Assembly: GCF_009914755.1 (NCBI RefSeq)
Contig: NC_060931.1
Length of the DNA stretch: 64,000 nt
From: the human T2T-CHM13v2.0 reference genome, Homo sapiens
Reading direction: 5' to 3' (one strand)
In this document: positions 14,525 to 29,408 of the stretch, in pieces
Layout: each line of letters begins with the position of its first letter
How positions within the stretch are numbered: position 1 is the stretch's first letter
Program-made: the position numbers and the translations under genes
The notes under the pieces: generated by a model
Database searches by the model: none
Seen by the model: the letters and a program-made list of their open reading frames with translations, nothing else
What the model was told of the DNA's origin: nothing

Positions 14525-16299
14525 GTTAATGGCCTTACATTTAATTATGTGATATGCTCTGTGGTGGTGTAGCCGAGAGGAGACGTGAAATGTTAAAAAT
14601 GTGATATGTGAGCATGGCTAAAAACGATTTGAACAGGACAGAAAGGTAGAAAATGAACAGCAACGTTTTTCCCTCCCACCTTCTATTATTAGTCCCACTG
14701 CCTGGATATAATGGTATCTTATCACTTGTGTTAGTTCTTTTAGTGGTTATTTTTTACGACTCTGAATGGTAAGATTTTGGCTCTCTTACTTGTTTTATCA
14801 GCTTTAAACTGTAGCCTTTGAGTTCCATTCATCAAGGTTTGGGGATTATCTCATTTTGCCCCTAATCCATTTTCCTCTCCTAAATTGATTAGTTTTATTT
14901 TGTTGTTCTAACAGTCATTACTTTTACAATTGTAAGTAATATATTTTCTACACTGCTTTTTTGAACCATGCCTTATGACAGTATCCACAGAGTCCCGATT
15001 ATGTAGGAGGAAGAAATTAGTGCTTCACCAGTCCTGCACTTCTCCCATATCCCAACTCCTGTCACCTGTGGTATCAGTTATAAACAACTTCATATGACTT
15101 CAGGAGAAAGTACACTTATCAAAAGGAAATTGGCTAGATTATAGAACCAGGGAGAAGGCTGGAGAGTCAACCTCAGAATGGGAACCAAGAGGGGTTAAAT
15201 AAACAAGAACACAATCAAGTCACACTACAGGGACTGATGCTGGCACCACCTCTCCTGTTCAGCTGTTAACATTGTGTTCTTGACACTGCCACTGCCTCTG
15301 AGACTGTGTCTCTTCGAGCCATCCTGGGTGGGATTTTTGGCTGGCTGATTCTAGATCACAGGCCTAACCTAGCTGACAGGCCCTGGGGTGAGGAAAAGCC
15401 TGGTTTCCCTTTGGCTTCTGAAATATGCACTTTTAAATTAGGTGAAATAAATTATTCCACCATTGAATTAAGCAGCAGAATGGGTACAGCTCCTGGTGTG
15501 GAATTGATGCACTGGAAGGCCAGCTCTAGAACTCTCGCAGGAGATATGGCAAAGTAATAAAGTGATGGGAAATTTAAAAGCAAAGCAATATGGCACACAG
15601 AAATAAAAGGACACTCATAGGTGTGATTGGAGCCCCAGAAGGAGATGGAAAAAATAAGCACAAGGAATGAAATATTTGAAGAATTAATGACCAAGAATTG
15701 CATTAACGATGAAAAAAGACTAAAAGGGCTCAAGGGGTGTCAAAGAAGACAGATAAAGTGGGAGGAATTCGTCACACTTAAACACATTGTAGAGATTTAA
15801 GAATATCGAAGACAGGCAATTTTACAAAATTTTGAAAGAACAGATCAAGAATCAGATTGACATTTCTCAGGAGAATACAGAACAAGATTTTTCATGACAT
15901 TTTATTCTAGTAAATATTTTGTTATTTTCAAGTAACACCAAGAAGAAAAGTTTAGAAATATTTTTCTGGCTAGGAACATATTTTATATTAATTATAAATG
16001 GAGAGTTAATTCTAAAAATGTCAGTGAAGGCTCAGTGGTTGATTATCATAAGGTTAGTGAGCAAATTCTGAAATATTTGAACAATCAAAGAAAATCTTGA
16101 AACTAAAGGATTTGGAGAGATTGTGATGTCAATACTCACAAATGAATTAAAGGAGTCAATGTGGCATAGAATTGGAGATGACTCTGGAGGGAAAAAAAGT
16201 AGCACAAATAACTGCCAGTGCATCAGAATTTGTTAGAATGCAGTGAAGAAAACAGGAAAAATTAAGCATTTCAATTGAATACAAAAGAAACAAACAGGG

Positions 16300-16703
<404 letters not shown>

Positions 16704-16856
16704 CTACTGGAGTGGCTTCAAGGACTTCCACATTCTACACATCTGTTGAGTTTTTGGTGAAACTGAGTGAAGATTAAACAGCAGTAAAAACATTCCTCCT
16801 GTGTTTTAAAAAGTGTACTGATAGATACAGTTGTACTCTGGTTCAGATTTTAAATT

Positions 16857-17067
16857 TTACCTTTTTTAGTTGACAAATAGTAATTGTATATATTCATGGG
16901 GTACTTAGTGATGTTTTGATACACATAATGTATTGTGATCACATCAGGGGAATGAGCACATCTGTCATCTCAAACATTTATTATTTCTTTGTGTTGGGAA
17001 CATTCAATATCCTCCTAGCTATGTGAAACAATGTAATACCTTATTGTTAACTATAGTCATCCTACAC
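16857..17067 (-). mobile_element. Short 5'-truncated L1MA 3' end with TSD
   Basis: L1 3'UTR (attgtatatattcatggggtac...) flanked by ctggttcagatttt(a/t)aatt at about 16838 and 17067. Confidence 0.75.
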
Positions 17068-17780
17068 TGGTTCAGATTTTTAATTGTAGTGAAATTAATC
17101 TCTAAAAATTAATTCCCTCAAAGATCTATAATAAGCTCCAGTATAAAGGCTGTGAATGATTGATTGACAGATGTTGAGTGCAAAGGCTATAGAGATATAT
17201 CATCCTAGGATTTTTATTAGGGTTCTTTTTATTTCAGTTAGTGCTCTAGTTACAAAGTTACATCGGTTTTCAATAGTCTTTTCCAACCTTATTCTGTCCT
17301 ACCCCCAAATACACTCATATTTTGTGTATGATTTTGCAGAATTTAAAGTTTTACAAGAACATATATATCACTTTATGAAGGAAGGCCTGTATATACCTCA
17401 TAGGTTGTCATGAAGATTAAATGAATTAATAGATGTAAAGGGCTTACAAGAGTACCCGGTATATAATAATGGATGTAATTTTTTATCCTTAATATTATTA
17501 TCATACTACTATTTAGGAAAAATAATTTTTACTTTTGACAAATTATAATAATGTAAATTATGGGGTACACAGTGATAGTGATGTTATATATAAACAGTGT
17601 GGAATGATTGAATCAAGCTAATTAATATATCTATCACCTTAAATACTTATTTATTCCACTTGTGTAACTTAACTGCAACAATCTACTCTTTGATCAACAT
17701 CTCCTGATTCCGTCCACCCCGCCCCCAGCCTCTGGTAACTATCATCCTACACTCTGCTTCTATGAGTTTGATTGTTTTAG

Positions 17781-18201
<421 letters not shown>

Positions 18202-19429
18202 TAGAAGAAATAATTTTAAATATTTGCACTTGCAAAGAATAATTAAAAGATAAAGAAAATAGAATTGAAACACCAGATAAATATGTAAATTTAGCAGGTG
18301 ATACATGTGGTCTTCTTTTCAAAAAGGATTATTCAATAAATGCTGCTGAAACAAGTGGCTAACCATTTAGGATATAGTAAGATATAGATTTTTACTTCAC
18401 ATTATCTTTACTAAATTTGAAGGAAACAATAAAGTGTAAGCAATGAAACCATAAAAGCTCAAAGAAAATATAGATGAATAAATTATTGGGGTATGAAAGA
18501 AATTTCTAATTATGCTATCAAGGACAAGAATCATCCAAAAATTATTAACATATATGATCACATAAAAAATTAAAACTTTATGTCACAAGCAACATGCATA
18601 TAAATTTACATAGCAATGGATAAATGGAGGAAAAAATTGCAGCTAAGCATATATAACCAGAAGGAGTTATTAATTGTTACAAAATTATTAAAAAGAACCA
18701 TAACATTCCAACAGAAAAATGAGAAAGGCTTTGGAGGCAATTAAAAAAATGAATCAATATAAATGGTTTATAAACACATTGTTATTTCTCACTAGTCATA
18801 AAAAAGTTATTTTTTGTAATACCATTTGTGTTTATCCAGGTAGCAAAGATTAAAAAATGAAAGATAATGGTTTTACGAGAATACAGGGAAAGGATATTCT
18901 TATGCATTGAAGATGGATGCGTTAATTGGTATAATATTCTGAGGGATAATTTGGCAGCATATTTTAACACACGTATATATCTTGATATAGCAATTATGCT
19001 TTGTAAATATATTTCTATTAAAGATCTATGTAAAGTTGCTTTTACAAAGATGTTCATCACACAGTTATTTATAAAACTGAAAAATTGGAAGCATTCTAAA
19101 TGCTAAACTGAATAGGACTGATAAAATAAATTGTGGGTTCAAGGCAGAACATGGGTGATCTGCAAAATTTCAAACTGAAAAGTTAATTTTCAATGGCCTT
19201 GGACTAAGGACTAGAGGGAACAAGATAATAAAGATATGGAAGAAATAAATGGGAAATATAAATAAAATTTCAAATGATTTTGATTCCTTTAATCCTTCCC
19301 AAGCACTCACAAATTATTTATGAAATTTTCATTTATTTCTTCAAGTGTGTTGTTTTTCTGACTGATATATATGAAAAAACCAAAAGTTTGTTCTTTGAAA
19401 AGAGTAATAAAGTAGAAAAAAAACTCATT

Positions 19430-20125
19430 TGGTATAGGCTGAATGTTTGTGTCCCCCCAAAATTTGTATATTGAAACCTAATCCTCAATGTGATGGTATT
19501 TAGAGGTGGGATTTTGGGGATGCTGTCAGGTCCTGAGGGTAGAGCCTTCATGAACGGGATTAGTGCCTGATATGGTTTAGCTGTGTCCCCACCCAAATCG
19601 CATCTTGAATTCCCACGTGTTATGAGTGGGAGGTAATTGAATCATGGGAACAGGTCTTTCCCATGCTGTTCTCGTGATAGTGAATAAGTCTCATGAGATC
19701 TGATGGTTATAAAAAGGGGAGTTTCACTGCACAAGTGCTCCTCTCTTTGCCTGCTGCCATCCAGGTACTATGTGACTTGCTCTTCCTTGCCTTCCACCTT
19801 GATTGTGAGGCTTCCCCAGCCACGTGGAACTGTAAGTCCAATTAAACCTCTTTCTTTTGTAAATTGCCTAGTCTTGAGTATGTCTTTATCAGCAGTGTGA
19901 AAACAGACTAATACAGTGCCCTTGTAAAAGAGACCCTAGAGAGCTCCTTTGCCCTTTGGGAAAAGATAGCTGTCTATCCACAAGGAAGTGGGCCCTCATC
20001 AGACGAATCTGCTGGTGCCTCGATCTTGGACTTTGCAGCATCTAAAACGGTGAGAAATATATTTATGTTGTTTATAAGCTACCCAGTTCATGGTATTTTG
20101 TTATGGCATCCTGAGCAGACTAAGA
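19430..20125 (+). mobile_element. MaLR LTR (MST/MLT1A-like) containing a nested THE1 LTR
   Basis: ggctgaatgtttgtgtccccccaaaatt... start and ...gcagactaaga end. Confidence 0.75.
19568..19915 (+). mobile_element. THE1 solo LTR (THE1B-like)
   Basis: tgatatggtttagctgtgtccccacccaaat...gactaataca, with 5-bp TSD gtgcc. Confidence 0.88.
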
Positions 20126-21155
20126 AACCACTGATAAAATAAATCAGGAATAAAAGAGAGATGCTAAATAATATGAATGCAGAATGTCCTTAGCTACAGA
20201 TAGAAAATATTAAAATATTTAAAAAATACTATACATAACTTTGCTTCAGTAAATTTGAAAACTTAGATGAAATTGAAAATTTCTAGAAAAATACAATTTA
20301 CCAACACTGATTTAGGAATAAGAATCTGGCTACTTATTTAATTTAATAAATTGAAACAGTAGTAGTTAAAATATTTTCACATAGAAAACAAGCTTAGGTA
20401 TTTTTGCATGGAAATTTTACCAAACTGTAACTTAATATTAAACAAACACTTCCAGAGAATAGGAATAAAAAGGGCAGATACTCTTTAAGCTTTACTCTGA
20501 GGTCAATATAACTTTGATGCCAAAACCAGACAGAAATAAACAAAAAATGAAAAGCACAGGCCCACTTAACATATAAATATAGAAGTAAATGTTTAAAATA
20601 AAAGTTATGAAATTATTTAAAACCAGAATTCAAGAGTTAGTAGAAACAATTAGACATTATGATGAATTTGTTTATCCCAGGAAAGCAGGGATAGCTTACC
20701 ATTAAGACTACATAAACACCATTTGCTCCAGCAACATAATAAAGAATAAAAGCCATATGATTCACAGACTACCAAAATTGAATCAAAAAGAAATAGAAGT
20801 TCTGAATAGACCTACAAAAATATACTGGATTTTTAATTTAAAAGACAAAAATTTCCTTCAAAGAAAAGTCCAGGACCAGATGGCTTCACTGGTCAATTCC
20901 ACCAAACATTTACAGGATTAATACCAATTTTTGGTAAACTCCTCCAAAAAATACAAAAGGAAGGAAGGCTTTCCAACTCATTCAATGAGGCCAGTTTTAC
21001 CTTGATAACAAAACCAGAGACATTGCAATACAGACCAATATCTCCTATGAATATAGATGCAAAAATCCTCAACAGAATACTAGCAAACTGAATCCAGCAA
21101 CATATACTGCAAACAGGTGGGATTTTCTCAAGTAATACAAGGTTGTTGATTCTTT

Positions 21156-21878
21156 GTGACCAAAGAATCAGAATAAACGTTGATATAAGATAGGGTCAAC
21201 CCCACCAGCAGGATCAAAAAACAGTAGTGTTGAGGTTACAGTCAGTTAATAGTATGGTAATGCTGGCGGCTAGGACTGGGAGAGAAAGGAGTAGAAGGAT
21301 TGCCGTAATGAGGACTGATCACACGAAAAGGGGTGCTTTGATACTGGGATATGGCTCGGGGTTTTATACCGATAATTGTGGTAATAAAATTAATGGCCCC
21401 TAAAATAGAAGAAACACCTGCTAGGTGGATTGACAAAATGGTTAGATGCACAGACGCTCCCGCATTTATTAGGCTTCCTGCTAAAGGCGGGGTATTATTG
21501 TTCAGCTGGTCCCGCGCCGTCTTCTGCTATTGATGATGCAAGTAGGAGTAGGAAAGGGGAGGAGGGGAGAAGTCAGAAGCTTATATTTTTTATCCCGGGG
21601 CATACCATATCGGGTGCACCAATTATCAGAGGGACTAGTCAGTTGCCAAACCCCCAGTTATCATTGGTATTACCATAAAGATTATGATGAGTGCGTGGAC
21701 GGTAACAATAACGTTCTACATCTGATCATCTCCTAGCAGAGTTCCTGATTGGCCTAATTCTGCTCCAATGAGAAGGCTTAGGGCGGTGCCCACTAATCCC
21801 CGCTCATGCGCCCAATAGCAGGTAGAATGTTCCGGTATCTTTATGGTTAGTTGAAAACAATCAACGATTGATGAACAT
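21156..21878 (-). pseudogene. MT-CO1 pseudogene fragment (5' ~240 codons)
   Basis: ATG at 21878 reads MFINRW (mitochondrial code); [18 protein letters not shown] visible in the ORF track; ends at LFWFFGH. Confidence 0.93.
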
Positions 21879-21891
21879 AAGTGGAAAAAAA

Positions 21892-22284
21892 GGTAAAATG
21901 GCTGAGTAAGCATTAGACTGTAAATCTAAAGACAGAGGTCAAGGCCTCTTTTTACCAGCCCGGAGGTGATTTGTCACGTTGAATTGCAAATTCGAAGGAG
22001 CAGCTTCAATCCTGCCAGGGGAGGGGGGCTTCTCCAGCCTTTCTGCTCGCAATGGCGGGAGAAGTAGATTGAAGCCAGTTGATTAGGGTGTTTAGCTGTT
22101 AACTAAATTTTCGTGGGTTTGAATTCCACCAATCTAGCAAGGGTTTAGCTTAGTTAAAGTGGTTGATTTGCATTCAACTGATGCAGAATAGAGTCTGGCA
22201 GTCCTTAGGTCAGTTACAGAAGTTAAATACAATTTACTTACTAAGGGCTTTGAAGGTCCTTGGTCTTATGTAACCTAAATTTCT
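21892..22284. pseudogene. NUMT WANCY cluster: tRNA-Tyr 21892-21957(+), Cys ~21957-22031(+), O_L 22029-22064, Asn 22065-22137(+), Ala 22139-22207(+), Trp 22217-22284(-)
   Basis: Each matches its mt-tRNA (e.g. ggtaaaatggctgag, tagattgaagccagttgattaggg); O_L stem cttctccagcc/ggcgggagaag. Confidence 0.9.
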
Positions 22285-23306
22285 ACGTTATAGTCAGTAT
22301 CAGTGGAGAGATAGGTAAAAGGAGGGTAGAAAAGATGATAAGTAGGGGGGAGAGAAATATGGTTTTTGTATTTTCGAATTGTCATTTTATTTTCATATTA
22401 TTAGATGTGGGGAATATTGCTACTGAGATGGAATAAATTAGGCCTGTGTAAAAGTACAGGTTGAGTAGGGTTATGATAGCTATAATGGTAGGGGTAATAA
22501 GACTATTGTTTTTTGTAAATTCTTGAATGATGGTTCCTTTAAGCAGAAATCCTGTTAATAGGGGTAAGCCTCCTAGGGATAGTAAAATTAGTGGAATTAC
22601 AGGTGTTAAATATGTTAATTTGTTTCAGGTGTGAGATAGTGACAGGGTTGTGCTTATACTCAGGTTGGGTGCTAGAAATGTGGTAGTTGTTAAATAATCA
22701 GGTTTAGAATGGTAATGTTTGGGTTACAAATTATTACTTCTACTATTCAACTTAGGTGAGTAATTGAGGAGTAGGCTATGATTTTATGCAGTTGTGTTTG
22801 ATTAAGTCCTTCTCAGCCGCCTACTATAATGGATAGGAATGTGACAGATAGAAGGATGTTCGTGTTTATTGATGGGAAAATTTGATACATGATTGAGATA
22901 GGGGCTAGTTTTTGTCATGTGAGGAGAAGTATGCCAGACATCAGAGATGTTCCTTGAGTTACTTCTGGGACTCAGAAGTGAAAGCGGGCTATTCCTAGTT
23001 TTATTACTAGTGCCGTTATTATTATTAAGGATGAAGATTGATGAATAGTGTTTATTGTCCACTGTCCGGAGGCCAGGTTATTGGAAAGGATACCTATTAT
23101 GAGAATTATAGATGTGGTTGCTTGTGTAAGGAAATATTTGGTGGCTGCTTCTGTAGAGCAGAGATTTATTTTTTAAATTAAGATTGGGGTAGGAGCTAGT
23201 ATGTTTATTTCTAGGCCTGTTCGGATGAGAAATCGGTGTGAAGCTAGCATTGTGATAAGAGTTCCTGTGAAAATAGTGAGATAATAAGCTGAGCTAATGG
23301 ATTAAT
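22285..23306 (-). pseudogene. MT-ND2 pseudogene
   Basis: Starts ATTAATCCATTAGCTCAG directly after tRNA-Met; recognisable ND2 sequence with frameshifts. Confidence 0.92.
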
Positions 23307-23513
23307 TAGTACAGAAAAGATATAACCAACATTTTTGGAGTGTGGGCCCGATAGCATATATAGCTGACCTTAGTTTAGGACGTGGTGTAGTAGGTAGCAT
23401 GGAGAATGTTGAATTCTCAGGGGTAGGTTCAATTCCTATAGTTCTAGAAATAACAGGATTTTAACTTCTATTGTTTACTCTATCAAAGTAATTATTTTGT
23501 CAGACATATTTCC
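23307..23513. pseudogene. NUMT IQM cluster: tRNA-Met 23307-23374(-), Gln 23376-23447(+), Ile 23445-23513(-)
   Basis: Match to mt-tRNAs; the Met anticodon is mutated CAT to CAC. Confidence 0.88.
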
Positions 23514-24469
23514 TATGTTTGGTGTGGAATGCTGGAAATTAGGACGGGCATTGAGATATATGACATGCAAAATGCTAGTGTAAGTGATAGGAAATTTTTT
23601 CGTAGAAGATATGAGTTGGTCATAGCAGAATTGGGGGTATGCTGTTTGAATTCATAAAAGCAGGGTGGTTAAAAGGGGGGTCTTGGTAATGAAATTTGTG
23701 GAATAGAGTTCTGGTGAATATCTAGTGTGCAGTGCTCCTAGGAAAATAGTAGTAGTTAGGGCATTTATTATGATAATATTCATATATTCTGCTATAAAGA
23801 AGAGAGCAAATGAACCTGTGGCATGTTCAATGTTGAAGCCTGAGACTAACTCTGACTCTCCTGTTAGATCAAAAGGGGCTCGGATAGTTTCTGCTAATGT
23901 GGAGATAAATCATATCATGGCTAGGGGCCGTGATGGTAGAAGCAGTCAGAGGGATTCTTGCATTGTGATGAGTGCATATAAATTAAATGAGCCACTTATC
24001 AGTAGGACTGATAGGAGGATAATGGCTAGGGTGACCTCATATGAAATTGTCTGGGCCACAGCTCGTAATGCATCGATTAGTGCATAATTTGAATTAGATG
24101 CTCATCCTGATCATAGAATAGAGTAGACGGCTAGGCTTGATGTGGCTAGTATAAATAGGAGGCCTGTATTAAAATTAATTAGGGGATTTGGTATAGGGAG
24201 GGGACTTCACAGAGAAGAGTGATAGAAAGGGCCAGGGTTGGAGCAATAATATAAAGGGTGATAGTAGATGTAGATGTTGAGGTCTGTAAGGGCTCTTGGA
24301 TGAAACGTTTTATTGCGTCAGCGAATGGTTGAAGCAGTCCGCAGGCACCTACAATGTTAGGTCCTTTGCGTAGGTGTATATAGCCTAAGATTTTTCGTTC
24401 AATGATTGTAAGGAATGCTATAGCGATTAGAGTTGGAATGATAAGTAGGAGAAGGTTAATTATAGGCAT
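23514..24469 (-). pseudogene. MT-ND1 pseudogene
   Basis: ATG 24469: [12 protein letters not shown]...[25 protein letters not shown]; later frameshifts. Confidence 0.93.
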
Positions 24470-24471
24470 AT

Positions 24472-24858
<387 letters not shown>

Positions 24859-25349
24859 AAACCCTGATCTTGGTTAAGGTGTGTGGTGATTTGTTAGATT
24901 GAGATAGCATCATCTACGGGGTGAGGGCACTTTATGAAGTGGGCCCTATCTCTCTTGTTCTTTTGTAGTAGGAGAAATGTTAAATAGATAGAAACCAACC
25001 CACATTACTCCGGTCTGAACTCAGATCATGTAGGACTTTAATCGTTGAACAAATGAACCCTTAATAGTGGCTGTACAATTAGGATGTCCTGATCCAACAT
25101 CGAGGTCGTAAACCCTATTGTCAATATGGACTCTAGAATAGGATTGTGTGGTTATCCCTAGGGTAACTTATTCCGTTGATCAAATTATTGGGTCAATGTG
25201 TGTTAACCCGCTTAGACTAGTGAGGTCTTAGTTTAGGTTGTTCAGAGGTTGAGTTATGCTCCGAGGTCACCTCAACCAAAATTTTTAATGCAGGGATAGT
25301 AGGCTAAGGCCTGTAGGCTTTTTTGAGTTTTTATTTTCATTAATGAATT
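24859..25349 (-). pseudogene. MT-RNR2 (16S rRNA) 3' fragment
   Basis: Conserved 16S motifs ccggtctgaactcagatca and gatccaacatcgaggtcgtaaacc. Confidence 0.93.
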
Positions 25350-25510
25350 TGGTCAAGGTGGTTTCAACATCTGAAAATTAATGCAATATACTATATTAAT
25401 AAAATAAAGGGCACACATTCATATGATCATCTCAATAGATGTAAAAAAAAATCTGACAAGGTACAACACCCTTTTATGATAAAACCATTCAACAAACCAG
25501 GTATAAAAGG

Positions 25511-26238
25511 TGATATGGTTTTGCTGTGTCCCCACCCAAATCTCTTAACTGTAGCTCCCATAATCCCCACATGTGGTGGGAGGGACCAGGTGGGAGGTAA
25601 TTGAATCATGGCGGCAGTTTCCCCCATGCTATTTGATTTGGTTTGGCTGAGTCCCCACCCAAATCTTATATTGAATTGTAGCTCCAATAATCCCTACATG
25701 TCATGGGACGGACCTGGAGGGAGGTAACTGAATCATGGAGGGTGGGTTTTTCACATGCTATTCTTGTGATAGTGAAAGGTTTTATAAAGGGCAGTTCCCC
25801 TACACACGACTCTTGACTGCCATCATGTAAGATGTGACTTTGCTCCTCCTTCACCTTCTGCCATGATTTTGAGCCCCCCCTAGCCATGTGGAACTGTGAG
25901 TCCATTAAACCTATTTTTCTTTATAAATTACCCAGTCTTAGGTATTTCTTTATAGCAGTATGAAAATGGACTAATACACTCTTCTTGTGATATTAAGTAA
26001 GTTCTCATGAGATTTGATGGTTTTGTAAGGGGCTTCCCCTTTTACTCAGCTCTCATTCTTCTCCTTCTTGCTACCATGTAAAGAAGGACATGTTTGCTTC
26101 CCCTTCTGCCATGATTGTAGGTTTTCTGAGGCCACCCACCCCAGACTTGTGGAACTGTGAGTTAATTAAACCTCTTTTCTTTATAAATTACCCAGTCTTG
26201 GGCAGTTCTTTATAGCAGCATGAGAATGGACTAATACA
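25511..26238 (+). mobile_element. THE1/MST LTR with a second THE1/MST LTR nested inside (25634-25978)
   Basis: Two tga...ggttt starts and two gactaataca ends; inner TSD-like ctatt/ctctt. Confidence 0.85.
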
Positions 26239-27191
26239 GAGGGGAACTTTTGTAACCTGATAGGAGGTATCTACAAAATGCATATTCTTAATGGTGAAAG
26301 ACTAATGCTTTTCCCCTAAGGTCAGGAACAAGGCAAGGATATCTGCTCTGCCACTTCTATTCAAGATCGTACTGGAAATTCTAGCCAGGATGATTAGGCA
26401 AGAAAAAGAAATAAAAGTTATGTAGATTAGGAAGGAAGAAATAAAATTCTCTTAACTTGTAGATTATGTGATCTTGTTTATAGAAAATCCTAAGGAACCT
26501 ACACTAAAAAGCCATTAAAAGTAATAAATGGCTTCAGTAACTAATAAAAGACTCACACATTTCCTCTGGTGGATGCTAAGGTTTAGAAAAAAAATTACTT
26601 GCAGAATACAAGAGCTGTATACAAAAATCAATTGTATGCGTGTACACTAGCAATGAACAATTCAAAAATAAAATTAAGAAAACACTTCCCTTTACAGTAG
26701 CATTAAAAAGAATAAAATATTTAGAAATAAATTTAACAAAAGTGCAAGACTTAACACTAAAACACCAAATAGCATTGCTGAAAGAAATCAGAAAAGACAT
26801 AAATAAATGGAACTATATCTGATGTTCATGAATTGGAATGATGTAATATTTAGATATCGATACTCCCCAAATTGATCAATGCAATCCCTATGTAAATCCC
26901 AGCTGGCTATTTTTGTTGTTGCAGAAATTGACAAGCTGGTTCTAAAATGTATATAGTATTGTAAGAGAGCTATAGTAACCAAAACAATTTCGAATAAGAA
27001 GAAAAAAATTTTGAGAACTCACACTTCTCAGTTTCAAAAACTTACTAGAAAACTGCAATAATCAAGACACTGTGGTACTGGCATAAAGATAACATACGAA
27101 TCACTGAAACAGAATTGAAAGTCCAGAATTAAACCTTCACATTTATGGTCAAATGATTTTAGCCAAGGGTGCCAAAACAATTCAATGGTAA

Positions 27192-27594
<403 letters not shown>

Positions 27595-27685
27595 TTGATG
27601 TTGGATTCTTACTTCATACCATATATAAAAATTGACTGAACTTGGATCATAGACGTAAGTGTAATACCTAAAAGTAAGCAACTCT

Positions 27686-27991
27686 TTTTTTTTTTTTTTT
27701 TTTTTTTTTTGAGACGGAGTCTCGCTCTGTCGCCCAGGCTGGAGTGCAGTGGCGCGATCTCGGCTCACTGCAAGCTCCGCCTCCCGGTTTCACGCCATTC
27801 TCCTGCCTCAGCCTCCTGACTAGCTGGGACTACAGGCGCCCGCCACCACGCCCGGCTAATTTTTTGTATTTTTAGTAGAGACGGGGTTTCACCATGTTAG
27901 CCAGGATGGTCTCGATCTCCTGACCTCGTGATCCACCCGCCTCGGCCTCCCAAAGTGCTGGGATTACAGGCGTGAGTCACTGCGCTCGGCC
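27686..27991 (-). mobile_element. AluY, near consensus
   Basis: Long poly-T, gcaagctccgcc, many intact CpGs. Confidence 0.92.
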
Positions 27992-29408
27992 AAACCTAGG
28001 CAACTCTTAACAAGAAAACTTATAGGAGTAAATCTTTGTAACCATCGGTAATCGTTTCTTAGATATGACACCAAAAGCATAAGCAAAAACAACAAAATAG
28101 ATAAATTGGACTTAATTTTAAAAACGTTTGTGCCTCAAAGGACGCCATCAAGAAAGTGAAGAACGAATTATAGAATGGTAGAAAACACTTGCAAATAATA
28201 TATCTGATAAGGGACTGGAATCCAAGATATATAAAGACTTCTTACAACTCTCTAGTAAAGAGACAATACAAGTAAGAAAGGGCAAAAGGGTTTTAATAGG
28301 TATTTTTCCAAAGAAAATATCCAGATGGCCAATAAGCACATGAAAAGATGGTCAACAACCTTAATCATCAGGGAAATGCAAATCAAAACCACAATGAGGT
28401 ACTACTTCACACCCACCAGGATGGCCAAAGGAAAAAAGACAATAATGCATACTGATGAAGATTTGGAGAGATTGGAATTCTCATTCATTACTGGTGGGAA
28501 TATAAACTAGTGAGCCCCTGTGGAAAACAGTTTGGCAGTGCCTCAAAATGTTAAATACAGAGTTACCCTATAACTCAGGAATTCCATTTATAGGTATATA
28601 GCCAAGAGAAATGAAAATACATAGCCATACAAAAATTTGTGCACAAATATTCATGGCAACGTTATTCATAGCAGCCAAGAAGTGGAAACAACCTAGCTGT
28701 TCATCATCTGATGAATGGACTAAAAAAAAGGTGGTATATCCATACAATGGAATATTATCCAGTCATAAAAAGGAATGAAGTACATAGATGAACCTTGAAG
28801 ACATTATGCTAAGTGAAAGATGCTGTCACAAAAGACTATGTATTATATCATTCCACTTATATAAAAGGCCCAGAACAGGCAAATCCATAGAGATAGAAAG
28901 TAGATTAGTGGTTGCTAGGGGCTGGTGGATAAGAGGAATGGATAATTAATGCTTATGGGTATAGCATTTCTTTTTGGGTCATGAAAATTTTCTAAAATTA
29001 AATAGTGGTGATTATTGCATAACTCTATTAATACATAAAACCCACTGAACTGTATATTTTAAAAGGGTGGGTTTTATGGTATCTGAATTTTATCCAAATA
29101 AAGCTATCATTAAAAAACACATACTTGTCTGAAAAATACAAAACAAACATTTGATGAGATTCACTAGTCCTTTGTGTTAACTTTTTTTTAACTAAACCAA
29201 GAATGGAAAGGAGCTTCCTTTAAGTTGATAGGCACAACAAAAAAATCACAAACATTATTCTAAGTGAGGAAATGGTAGAAGCTGTTCCTTTACACTGAGG
29301 AACAAGACAGAAATGCCAACTATCACCTTTGCTATTCAGCATTATACTAGTAGTGATAGACAGAAATAAGATTAGAAAAATAAATTGAAGGAAAAGAAGA
29401 AATAAAAC

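Noticed and set aside
24859-25349. Humanin-like (MTRNR2L) ORF
   Set aside because: The 16S fragment starts at about m.2740, downstream of the humanin ORF region.
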